A DNA stretch of 64,000 bases from an uncultured virus (IMG/VR IMGVR_UViG_3300015366_000220) (IMGVR_UViG_3300015366_000220), one strand, 5' to 3'; shown: positions 8,779 through 16,781, numbered from the stretch's first letter. The notes: generated from the sequence alone by a model not told the origin. Translations and numbers: made by a program.

Positions 8779-9139
8779 GTTTATTCACTCTTGCTCTTAT
8801 TGATGCTGAAATTTGTTCGCACCCTACGTACCTATCTGCAATTTTCGCACACTCTTCGGACTCAAGAACTGCGGCGTTCCTATATACTTGTGAATACCTT
8901 CCTTGTCCAGTAGTGATGAACTGGTAACAAGGAAGGCACATATCACCAACAAACTGCCCTTGGTGAGTATGGTTTTTGCAATTTTTAACAATACATTTAT
9001 CCTGCCTCCTGTATTCGGATAATGCAAATTTCAACCGTGCAGTTTCCACCTCTAGAGCAGCAACTCTTTTTTGGTAACAATTGTGTTCACCAATAAATGT
9101 TATTTCAACTCCACAGTAAGTACAGGTATTGTTGGGCAT
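8768..9139 (-). CDS. Cys-rich hypothetical protein, CxxCG / E.E.CAKI family
   Basis: Shared modules with the 3529-5942 cluster. Confidence 0.6.
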   Translation of the reverse strand: MPNNTCTYCGVEITFIGEHNCYQKRVAALEVETARLKFALSEYRRQDKCIVKNCKNHTHQGQFVGDMCLPCYQFITTGQGRYSQVYRNAAVLESEECAKIADRYVGCEQISASIRARVNKHEL

Positions 9140-9150
9140 AATATTTCACC

Positions 9151-10059
9151 TCAAGAAACAAACTCGTTAAAGAAATTTTCAATGAAAGCCAATCTATCCT
9201 GTTCTTCCAAACTTACAAAATGATCTCTGTTGCTGTTGATGTGATCTACCAATGGATAATACTCCTCTGGCAAATTATTCTTGTTTGCAATCAACCATTC
9301 CGAAGTAACCTTTTCTGCTCTAATGCGAGCAAACAATTTCTTGGTTAGATAATATGGTGATTTGATCTTCAATACAGTAGTAGCAGTATACACAACAAAT
9401 CCTTCTTTTTGAGAATTCTTTGCTTCGTTAACCAAATCACTGAATCTACACACACTACATCGTGGAATAAATGCACCAAATTCTCGTAACTTAACTTCTG
9501 ATAGAGAAGGAATAGCAGGATCAGGAATATCAAGCACTCCAGTAGAAATATTTCTTCTGCCTAGAAAATACGCACCAGTTTTTTCCTTAATGATATGCGG
9601 ATCACTATGATCAACAATTTCAAACATATAGGTGTATCCCACATCAAGAGCACCTTTCAATGGTGTGATATGCTTTTCTGCCAGTGTTACGAAATCAGAA
9701 TCTAATGATCCCGTAGTGGATACAATCAACCCATGCACAGGATGCATGGTTGCTGCGCCCATAAATCCATTGATCTTCTCAATCGAAATAACCAAGTTAT
9801 CCCGTGGAATATCTGTATTATTTTCAAAACGATTAAAGATCTTCTTGAATGGCAGACAGACAATGTTGTAATCTGCATCCACAACCATGCCACGCATTTC
9901 CATTAATTCTGGTGTCCAGAGATTATCATAGAATACACGATTGTGGTACTTCAAAACAAATAGATCAGGATAACGCTTTGATTCCTTGCGCAATACTAAT
10001 CTAGGATTGTTTTCAACAAAATATCTTATTTGAGTTGGAGTCAACATGTTATATCTCAA
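9151..10059 (-). CDS. rnlA: RNA ligase, T4 Rnl1 (RnlA)-like
   Basis: Nucleotidyltransferase motifs EKINGF (I), MFEIV (III), EGFVV (IV), KIKSPYY (V); N-terminal EMRG and PFKKIFN. Confidence 0.85.
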   Translation of the reverse strand: MRYNMLTPTQIRYFVENNPRLVLRKESKRYPDLFVLKYHNRVFYDNLWTPELMEMRGMVVDADYNIVCLPFKKIFNRFENNTDIPRDNLVISIEKINGFMGAATMHPVHGLIVSTTGSLDSDFVTLAEKHITPLKGALDVGYTYMFEIVDHSDPHIIKEKTGAYFLGRRNISTGVLDIPDPAIPSLSEVKLREFGAFIPRCSVCRFSDLVNEAKNSQKEGFVVYTATTVLKIKSPYYLTKKLFARIRAEKVTSEWLIANKNNLPEEYYPLVDHINSNRDHFVSLEEQDRLAFIENFFNEFVS

Positions 10060-10502
10060 TCAATTTCAAAATGCTTTATATCAACGAAATTCTCAAAATA
10101 TTTCACAACATCCTCATTGGATACGAAACGATTCTTCATCCTTTCTATAGTATCATATGGGACATTATGCACTGATCCAAAATTATGCTTCATATGGATG
10201 ATAATCATCGCATACCCATAATCCTTTGTCAATTGGGCATAGGGTGTAATTTCAGAGATCTTAGTAAATGTGTTGGACACGAAAATTTTTTCTGTACCAT
10301 TAAGCATTTCACATTCAACGGAAAAACGACACCATTTGTGCGCCTTATTTAAATAAGATGCATCAAATTTGTATTCTTCATTGTCCATGAAGTACATATC
10401 AGTTTCCCGATGTACGCTATTTGGTGCTGCCTGTGCTGCTGCTTGGGCATAAGTGGACTTACCAGAACCGGGTAGTCCACGAATTATGTATAGTGTTTTC
10501 AT
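10056..10502 (-). CDS. P-loop polynucleotide-kinase-like protein (AAA_33)
   Basis: IIRGLPGSGKST, VSNTF and HNVP motifs; translationally coupled to the RNA ligase. Confidence 0.8.
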   Translation of the reverse strand: MKTLYIIRGLPGSGKSTYAQAAAQAAPNSVHRETDMYFMDNEEYKFDASYLNKAHKWCRFSVECEMLNGTEKIFVSNTFTKISEITPYAQLTKDYGYAMIIIHMKHNFGSVHNVPYDTIERMKNRFVSNEDVVKYFENFVDIKHFEID

Positions 10503-11315
10503 TTATGCTGCTGCTTTTGTGTCGGTGAGTGTTTTTACTCTGGAGAGAACAGTCTGCTGCTGTCCATTATATTCACGATATCCCTTGATGGTTCCACGGA
10601 TGCTCAACTTCAAACCCACTTTAGGTGCCCATGCTGACGACATCACAGTGATGCATGCATTGGTAGTACTCTCCACCATTATAGTCAGAGCTGATGCACC
10701 ATACAGTGTCTGTAATGGGATTGATTTGATCACTGTAACATCAATATCAACACGCTTGCCAGCAACACCATAATGTGCATCTTTACTTGGTGTTGGCAGC
10801 AACAGATGCTGATATTTTTCACGAAGGACTTGAGCAACATAATACAGAATAGAATCTTCTTTGAATGCACCAGTGGTCATCATCCATTGCATGTAGGATA
10901 CATCAATATCTTCGAATTTGTGACCAGTGAAACGACCAATAGGCATGATTCCGGAATTTACTAATTCCTTGTATTCGACCATCAACTTCTCACGGGCAGC
11001 AATTTCATCCACAATTCGCTGCTGACGGGCTGCTTCACGTTTTTCCAATTCCTCCTTTGTTGTGCGCTTGATTTCACGCATTTCAATCAAAAGAGTATTT
11101 CTGTCGTAACTGATAGGCATACTACGCTTTTCGGCATATTCTGTTGCCTTGGCAATAGCCACATCAATATCCTGAGACAGGTTCTGGATATGATATGAAA
11201 GCATCACCTTGCGACGACCAAAGAAGTCAACACTATTTTCCCGCAGGGTATAGAACGCGCAGGTTTCACCAATTCCAATGTAGAGGACAGGTATGAAAGC
11301 GTCTGTGTTGCTCAT
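10503..11315 (-). CDS. hypothetical early protein, possible C-terminal OB fold
   Basis: MPIGRFTG..F.DID..Y..W module and C-terminal RGTIKGYREYNGQQQTVLSRV. Confidence 0.6.
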   Translation of the reverse strand: MSNTDAFIPVLYIGIGETCAFYTLRENSVDFFGRRKVMLSYHIQNLSQDIDVAIAKATEYAEKRSMPISYDRNTLLIEMREIKRTTKEELEKREAARQQRIVDEIAAREKLMVEYKELVNSGIMPIGRFTGHKFEDIDVSYMQWMMTTGAFKEDSILYYVAQVLREKYQHLLLPTPSKDAHYGVAGKRVDIDVTVIKSIPLQTLYGASALTIMVESTTNACITVMSSAWAPKVGLKLSIRGTIKGYREYNGQQQTVLSRVKTLTDTKAAA

Positions 11316-11346
11316 GCCAAACTCCGGTTAACTTTCCAGTTCGCGT

Positions 11347-11375
11347 ATTAAACCACACGAAACATGGAAAGTCAA
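11347..11375 (-). promoter_or_regulatory. sigma70-like early promoter
   Basis: TTGACT-N17-TTTAAT, A-rich upstream. Confidence 0.55.
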
Positions 11376-11398
11376 CAGGTTTTTTTTTCGGATTTTGG

Positions 11399-11683
11399 TT
11401 ACCTATATAATCTTTCGAGATTTTCTAGGCGCATCAACCCCATTCTTCTGGTTTTATTGTCGATTGGCTTCGGGAATACTGGCACGAAATCAACACCATC
11501 TATGTTCTTTCCGGAACACAGAGAACTTCCATATAGAATTTCGCCAGTCAGCTTATTTTTGTACTTGTATATGATCTCATTGTCATTATCTGAGATGATA
11601 TCATGAGTATTAATTTTCTTCGCTTTGCCAATCATAGGATTCTCCACCATAACCAAAATCATCATCTTCTTCATTATCATCAA
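11399..11683 (-). CDS. hypothetical protein (start probably internal)
   Basis: YKNKLTGE and IDGVDFVPV motifs. Confidence 0.5.
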   Translation of the reverse strand: MMIMKKMMILVMVENPMIGKAKKINTHDIISDNDNEIIYKYKNKLTGEILYGSSLCSGKNIDGVDFVPVFPKPIDNKTRRMGLMRLENLERLYR

Positions 11684-11798
11684 AATTGTCTTTTGGATTA
11701 TATCGCCAACGACTTTCGTTTTTCAGTCTCTTCTGTCGCAATCCATCACTGTTCACATTATAACGATCACTGGACTCATTAAAACTCTTGTTAGACAT
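11610..11798 (-). CDS. small acidic-tailed hypothetical protein
   Basis: ORF track; fits the gene chain. Confidence 0.5.
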   Translation of the reverse strand: MSNKSFNESSDRYNVNSDGLRQKRLKNESRWRYNPKDNFDDNEEDDDFGYGGESYDWQSEEN

Positions 11799-11821
11799 AG
11801 TAGTGTACCATCAATCCTCTA

Positions 11822-12355
11822 TTAAATTTTAATCTCACCTTTTTCAACTCTCAACCAAAACGTTCTATACAATCCGCGCTCTCTACCATAAGCTTCGATT
11901 TCAGATGGTGAATCATAATACTCATCCCCAACAAAATCTCCATCTGGTATTGGTTGGTATCGTTTCCCTAAGAATGCATACGTACCATCCACATAATCTC
12001 TAAGCTCACCACACAAATATTGTTTTACATGTACAAGCTCATGAGAAAGATCCATCAATATAATACTCAATCTGGCTCTAACACTTTTGTGTCCTAATAT
12101 TCTATCAGCTTTCAACACAATTGTAAATTTTTTAATATCATTATCATTGCCATCATAAGTACACCAAGCTTTATATTTCATCAAAGACTTTGTATATTCA
12201 TTCGCCATCAATTCATCATCATCTAATATTCGTATATTCACCCTAGACTTCTTCAAAATGCCTCGTCGGACAAATTTAGTCAATACATAATCAGTAAATT
12301 TTCTAATCAAAGGTCTATCACCAACTTTTAAATGTTTACTGGTTATTACTACCAT
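11822..12355 (-). CDS. HExxH zincin-like protein
   Basis: SHELVHVKQY and PSEIEAYGRE motifs. Confidence 0.7.
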   Translation of the reverse strand: MVVITSKHLKVGDRPLIRKFTDYVLTKFVRRGILKKSRVNIRILDDDELMANEYTKSLMKYKAWCTYDGNDNDIKKFTIVLKADRILGHKSVRARLSIILMDLSHELVHVKQYLCGELRDYVDGTYAFLGKRYQPIPDGDFVGDEYYDSPSEIEAYGRERGLYRTFWLRVEKGEIKI

Positions 12356-12363
12356 TCTAGTAC

Positions 12364-13452
12364 CTACTCTATTCGTAAGATGATTGTATCCTTATTGATT
12401 GAGCCATTCAGTTGCTGTGGTTTAGAGTTGATCTCCCCCATTACTTTGCGAAGAACAACTTTCCCACCATCCAAAACCCTAGATAGAGTTTCTTTTGGTT
12501 TTCTCAACGTTTTAGCAATAGACTCCGAATATTTATAATTTTCGATTTTACTACCCTTCACGGATAGACCAGCACCATCTGCTGCGACGTATACACCAAG
12601 TTTACGTGTTTTCACGTTAAATACCCACAATTTCTCAGCAGATAGGATCTTAATTGGGTTAATTGATTTCACATTGAATTCAGTGTCTTCCTTTTTATAA
12701 TTCAATTTAGCGATTCTTTTTTCCAATGAAACTGCCTTCTTCTTTCTTGGCTTTCTGGTTGCTAGTGTATTTGATGCCAGACGATTTGCCGCAGTGACAA
12801 TATCAGATAGGAATGCAATTGCATTTTTCATGTCTTTATCTGATCTTGGATATGATTCTTTGATGTATGGATCACTTTTTCTTTTATGTATGACATCCGT
12901 CAGATTATCAACCAATCCATTAAAATATTCGGCAATCTTATTGGAATGTATTGCCTTTACATTATTATCAATGAGCCACTTGTATGCATCAAATGTTGTG
13001 ATTGCCTTGTTGAAAAAGAAATCATCAAATACACCTTCAAGTTCCGCAATATATTGATCAGTCTTTCCCTGAATTCGGTCTTGGATATTCACCACATTAT
13101 CAATGATAACTGGTTCTTCTGCTTTACCTTGTGTGCTGGATATTTCAGATAGGAATGCTTTTAGTTTATTATTGAAACTAAGCATTGTTTTATCGTCCAC
13201 ACGAACACCACGCGAAAGCATTCGCGCCAGCCACCCAAGACTGATGCTTACAGGATTATGAATTTTGATATCAACCACATTCACAGCCGGAATGTTTGAT
13301 TTGATGTAATCAATCAGATATTGACGCGAATCTGTCGCATCACGATTTAAATTATACCACTGGAATGCCTGTGCAAGATCTGCCTGATTTGCTTGCTGAT
13401 CTCCCCAGACTGGTTCCAATGGCGTACTCACTACCACTTTACTCATGACCAA
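12364..13452 (-). CDS. conserved T4-like phage hypothetical protein
   Basis: SINP..I..A..LWVFN.K.RKL, VKGS and KTLRKP motifs. Confidence 0.75.
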   Translation of the reverse strand: MVMSKVVVSTPLEPVWGDQQANQADLAQAFQWYNLNRDATDSRQYLIDYIKSNIPAVNVVDIKIHNPVSISLGWLARMLSRGVRVDDKTMLSFNNKLKAFLSEISSTQGKAEEPVIIDNVVNIQDRIQGKTDQYIAELEGVFDDFFFNKAITTFDAYKWLIDNNVKAIHSNKIAEYFNGLVDNLTDVIHKRKSDPYIKESYPRSDKDMKNAIAFLSDIVTAANRLASNTLATRKPRKKKAVSLEKRIAKLNYKKEDTEFNVKSINPIKILSAEKLWVFNVKTRKLGVYVAADGAGLSVKGSKIENYKYSESIAKTLRKPKETLSRVLDGGKVVLRKVMGEINSKPQQLNGSINKDTIILRIE

Positions 13453-13495
13453 CCTCTATGTTATGATATTACATTAATAGCGTAATATAATGTGG

Positions 13496-13523
13496 ATAAT
13501 AACATAAAAACAACTAAAGTCAA
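13496..13523 (-). promoter_or_regulatory. sigma70-like promoter
   Basis: TTGACT-N16-TATTAT. Confidence 0.5.
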
Positions 13524-13596
13524 TAACATTTTTTTCTCCTGTTGAACAACTAACTACATATCTATTTAGCTGCTTATGCAGGAATGTAACAAATAT

Positions 13597-14112
13597 TTAA
13601 TATATATTTTCGTTCGGGAATTCTTCTGTTGGCACAAAGATGTATTGTGGAGATTTTGGCTTAACGTATGGGAATACTACATCCCCTCTACAGTGTATAT
13701 TGGTGTAATATGATTTACATGGTGTGCCATCGTCATCGCGTCGCCATTCCCACAACACAGCCGCATCAATATCATAACAATGATCACCAGATTTAAATAC
13801 GGATGATATCCTGTTGTTTTGTAGTGTTCCCTCAGAAACCTCATTCCATTCTGAATCTTCCCCAGTTAAAGGTGATATCGTTCTAAAATTAACCAATTCA
13901 TTAAAAATGGTCAATGCATAATCAGCACTAAATCCACTGTGACCCTGTTTAGCGAATACATCTAATAATTCTAATATGTTATCGCATATACTTTTTTGTG
14001 CGGCATCCGAATACGCTCCAGATTCATCCATCCAGCCAGCCAGCTTAAATTCTCTCAGTGCATGTTCTTTAATACTCATAATTTCACCAATGCCGTATAA
14101 CGCCAGCCACAA
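13597..14112 (-). CDS. conserved phage hypothetical protein (start probably MSIKEHA)
   Basis: QGHSGFSA, PLTGEDSEW and QN.R.S.VFK motifs. Confidence 0.7.
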   Translation of the reverse strand: MWLALYGIGEIMSIKEHALREFKLAGWMDESGAYSDAAQKSICDNILELLDVFAKQGHSGFSADYALTIFNELVNFRTISPLTGEDSEWNEVSEGTLQNNRISSVFKSGDHCYDIDAAVLWEWRRDDDGTPCKSYYTNIHCRGDVVFPYVKPKSPQYIFVPTEEFPNENIY

Positions 14113-14235
14113 TAAAAATATTTGTTATGAGATATGATATGATTATCAATGTTCTTATCACTGCAATCATATCTGCTTCATTATCCGTCCTACCAGACTT
14201 ATCACCAAGGGCTTTAGCCCAGATCCGCCAAAACC

Positions 14236-14592
14236 TCATAGAGACAGATACCACGCCAATGTTATATAAACAAATTGATGCGCCATCTGATCCAATCCTA
14301 AATGACTCCAGAACTGAGGGGTTTGTATGTCACGATTACCATAGTTCATTTTGAACCAATCAATATGATAATGTGTAATGAAATCAAAAACACCTATCAC
14401 ACATGCAATGGGTAGTCCAGTAAAAAATAATCCGATAAACGTAGTGAATACTCCATGCTGGAGAGAATGGAGTATTCCATGCGGATTACCATATATCCCT
14501 TTACCATTTACCATTTTCATGGTTTGTAGATGGAAGTCTACAAACCAATGCTTAATCTGGCAGAGTAAAAGAAATTCAAACATCATTGCCAA
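14236..14592 (-). CDS. DUF3307-like membrane protein
   Basis: KHWFVDF.LQ, HSLQHG, HYHIDWFK and GLDQMAHQ His motifs. Confidence 0.75.
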   Translation of the reverse strand: MAMMFEFLLLCQIKHWFVDFHLQTMKMVNGKGIYGNPHGILHSLQHGVFTTFIGLFFTGLPIACVIGVFDFITHYHIDWFKMNYGNRDIQTPQFWSHLGLDQMAHQFVYITLAWYLSL

Positions 14593-15992
14593 TCGTACTT
14601 AGAGATGCACACAGCTTTCTTCATGACGGATTCTGGTGAGAATTCTTCAAGATCAGCTTCGAGCACAGCACTCATGATTGATGGTGAGAATCCAGATACC
14701 AAACACACTCCACGCTTGTCATATGACACTGGTGTATTGTCGGTTGATCGCAGATTCCAGAACACAATCATAGGTACTTGATATCCAGCACTTTCATACT
14801 TTCTTTCAATCATCTTCATTGCAGAATCATCATACATTGCGCATTGATCAAATTGCATATCAGACAAAATCAAAAGGTACTTTGGCATATCAGCCTGTGG
14901 TACAGAATTTTTGGTTGCAACATGTAGAATACGATCAAATGCGGCATGCAAATTAGTATTCATGTTCCATTCACTACTATTCATCTGCACCATCTTCTGG
15001 CTCAATGTTCCTTGAACTTTAAGAATCTCTGGTTTTTCTGAGAATGTCAGGAACATATCCTTGAATGCGCCACTGTTCTTGTCTGCGCAATATAATCCCA
15101 AGGACAACGCAACATCAATACAACTGATGCTGTTATTCTTTCCTACATGGGCACTCATAGAACCAGAAACATCCACCATTGGTAGAACATTAGCATCAGA
15201 CATGTAATTTGGTAGGCTATCCCACTGTTTATCACATACTGCCTTATCACCACGGTGACGCAATGCTTTGATGATGTCGTATGGATAAACAGCCGAAGCA
15301 TTTACCTTAATACCTTCATCACCGCGCACTAATGCATTACGATATTCAACAAATCGTTGAGTATCATTCTTATGGAATACAGTCATGTAACGCGACATAG
15401 CCAGTGATGGTACATGTGAATAGTTAATAACAGAGTATTCCTTATTACACATATGTGTTTCAACCACATTAGTCAAACCAACCAACAGCTTACGATAAGC
15501 CTTTGGCGATAATCCCAAATAGTTGCGAAGTTCAGCAGCCAGCACCCCTTTTCTTTTTTGCCATTTGGCACACAATCCATTCTGATTGTGTAGCGCAGTC
15601 TTGATGATATCGAACGCCCTAGACTTTACTTCTGCTGTCTTGAAGATAAGCAAATCATCCCATCGACCAATGTTTGGAACATTGTTCAGAAACTTGGATG
15701 TCAGTAAGTCTGGGTGATATGCTTCAAGATGAACAAGCATGTCACGGAACAGCTGACGTTCACCAGCTCCACCACGAACATCACGCGACCACTGAGCAAT
15801 TCGCATTGCAATATCAGTGTCTGCCTGAATAGCCTTCTCAAAAGCTGCTGTGATGTTCTTTCCACGACTTGCCCCGATGTTATAGAACAAATCTACAACA
15901 GAAGACATAGATGATTTCTGAGCTTTCATACCATTTTCGGTACGGGCTACAACTGGGGTTTTTGCTACGGCATCTACGAAACTGTTCATCAT
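14583..15992 (-). CDS. DUF2828-family protein: helical N-domain + vWA/MIDAS domain (Ro60/TROVE-like architecture)
   Basis: TENG, RDVRGGAGER, GRWDDL, YPYDII, MIDAS DVSGSM, SDMQFD, IVFWNL and VSGFS motifs; AGAGGTGA Shine-Dalgarno. Confidence 0.85.
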   Translation of the reverse strand: MMNSFVDAVAKTPVVARTENGMKAQKSSMSSVVDLFYNIGASRGKNITAAFEKAIQADTDIAMRIAQWSRDVRGGAGERQLFRDMLVHLEAYHPDLLTSKFLNNVPNIGRWDDLLIFKTAEVKSRAFDIIKTALHNQNGLCAKWQKRKGVLAAELRNYLGLSPKAYRKLLVGLTNVVETHMCNKEYSVINYSHVPSLAMSRYMTVFHKNDTQRFVEYRNALVRGDEGIKVNASAVYPYDIIKALRHRGDKAVCDKQWDSLPNYMSDANVLPMVDVSGSMSAHVGKNNSISCIDVALSLGLYCADKNSGAFKDMFLTFSEKPEILKVQGTLSQKMVQMNSSEWNMNTNLHAAFDRILHVATKNSVPQADMPKYLLILSDMQFDQCAMYDDSAMKMIERKYESAGYQVPMIVFWNLRSTDNTPVSYDKRGVCLVSGFSPSIMSAVLEADLEEFSPESVMKKAVCISKYDWQ

Positions 15993-16009
15993 TCACCTCT
16001 ATAATTAAA

Positions 16010-16065
16010 AACAGGATCCCTTGCTTTTTTTTCCACAAAAAATTTTGGTTTGCTGTACGGATCCT
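16010..16065 (-). ncRNA. Y-RNA-like unit A with His(GUG) anticodon-like loop
   Basis: AGGAUCC-G-UACAGCAAA-CCAAAA-UUUU-UUGUGGA-AAAA...-GGAUCCU-GUU. Confidence 0.65.
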
Positions 16066-16070
16066 AAACT

Positions 16071-16186
16071 AACAGAATACATTTTTACGTGTCCTAACCA
16101 CTAGACGAACACCATTTTCATGGTGTGATGGAATCGAACCACCGTCACGACATTAAGATTGTAATTTGTGTTGCTGTATGTATTCT
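16071..16186 (-). ncRNA. Y-RNA-like unit B containing a circularly permuted tRNA (Lys CUU-like loop)
   Basis: 8-bp terminal stem; T arm GGUGG-UUCGAUU-CCAUC; 7-bp acceptor ACACCAU-GAAA-AUGGUGU; D arm GUCU-AGUGGUUA-GGAC. Confidence 0.85.
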
Positions 16187-16202
16187 AAAACCTCTAAATC
16201 AA

Positions 16203-16260
16203 AACAGAATGCCTTTTTTACGTCTTTCAAATGTAAAGTTTGGTTTGCTGCAAGCATTCT
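16203..16260 (-). ncRNA. Y-RNA-like unit C with Phe(GAA) anticodon-like loop
   Basis: AGAAUGCU-UGCAGCAAA-CCAAAC-UUUACAU-UUGAAAG-ACGUAAA...-GGCAUUCU-GUU. Confidence 0.65.
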
Positions 16261-16275
16261 TAATTCGTTATGTGT

Positions 16276-16304
16276 AGTATATAGTCAGAATTTATGAAAG
16301 TCAA
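16276..16304 (-). promoter_or_regulatory. sigma70 promoter driving the RNA array and the DUF2828 gene
   Basis: TTGACT-N17-TATACT; predicted start about 9 nt upstream of unit C. Confidence 0.75.
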
Positions 16305-16630
16305 CCATTTTCTACATCTTTTTTTGAATTTTTTTCTGAATCTTTATCCTCAAGCATCTTCTTGGCTTCAATGTAATTAGCCAATCTATCTACTGCCACA
16401 TCATATTCATGTTCATTTTTAGGTTCTTCCCCAACCCAAAACCCCTCAACTGAGGCTGGATTGATCATCATTGTCCTTATTGCAATATATCGTCTCTGGT
16501 TTGCTTCCAGAGCATGAATATCAGTCTCTGTTTTTTCCAAATGACTCCAATCATCACCAGCTGTTGCAAATTCTTCTGGTATGCCAACATATATTTTCTT
16601 ATCTTCCACGAATATGCTCCTTTGGTGCAA
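16301..16630 (-). CDS. hypothetical protein
   Basis: ORF track. Confidence 0.55.
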   Translation of the reverse strand: MHQRSIFVEDKKIYVGIPEEFATAGDDWSHLEKTETDIHALEANQRRYIAIRTMMINPASVEGFWVGEEPKNEHEYDVAVDRLANYIEAKKMLEDKDSEKNSKKDVENG

Positions 16631-16781
16631 ATGATATGACAGTCAAACAGCCAACAATAACACCAGCAAAAAACGAACAAAACACTAAAATTAACCAATC
16701 ACTAGGATTCATCTTTTCCAATACTCCAAAATTCACCACCAAATTGGACAAAATCATTTCCATCCGGATCGCGGTATACAT
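16599..16781 (-). CDS. small membrane protein (start probably MNPSDW)
   Basis: Single hydrophobic segment. Confidence 0.45.
   Translation of the reverse strand: MYTAIRMEMILSNLVVNFGVLEKMNPSDWLILVFCSFFAGVIVGCLTVISFAPKEHIRGR

Noticed and set aside
16071..16186. Canonical tRNA gene
   Set aside because: The T arm precedes the D arm and the acceptor stem is closed by a GAAA loop, so it is a permuted mimic rather than a standard tRNA.
16010..16260. CRISPR mini-array or simple terminators
   Set aside because: The repeats are not identical, they covary as stems enclosing the variable part, unit lengths differ (about 56-116 nt), and no cas genes are present. The large structured inserts and conserved CAGCAA motif do not fit plain terminators.
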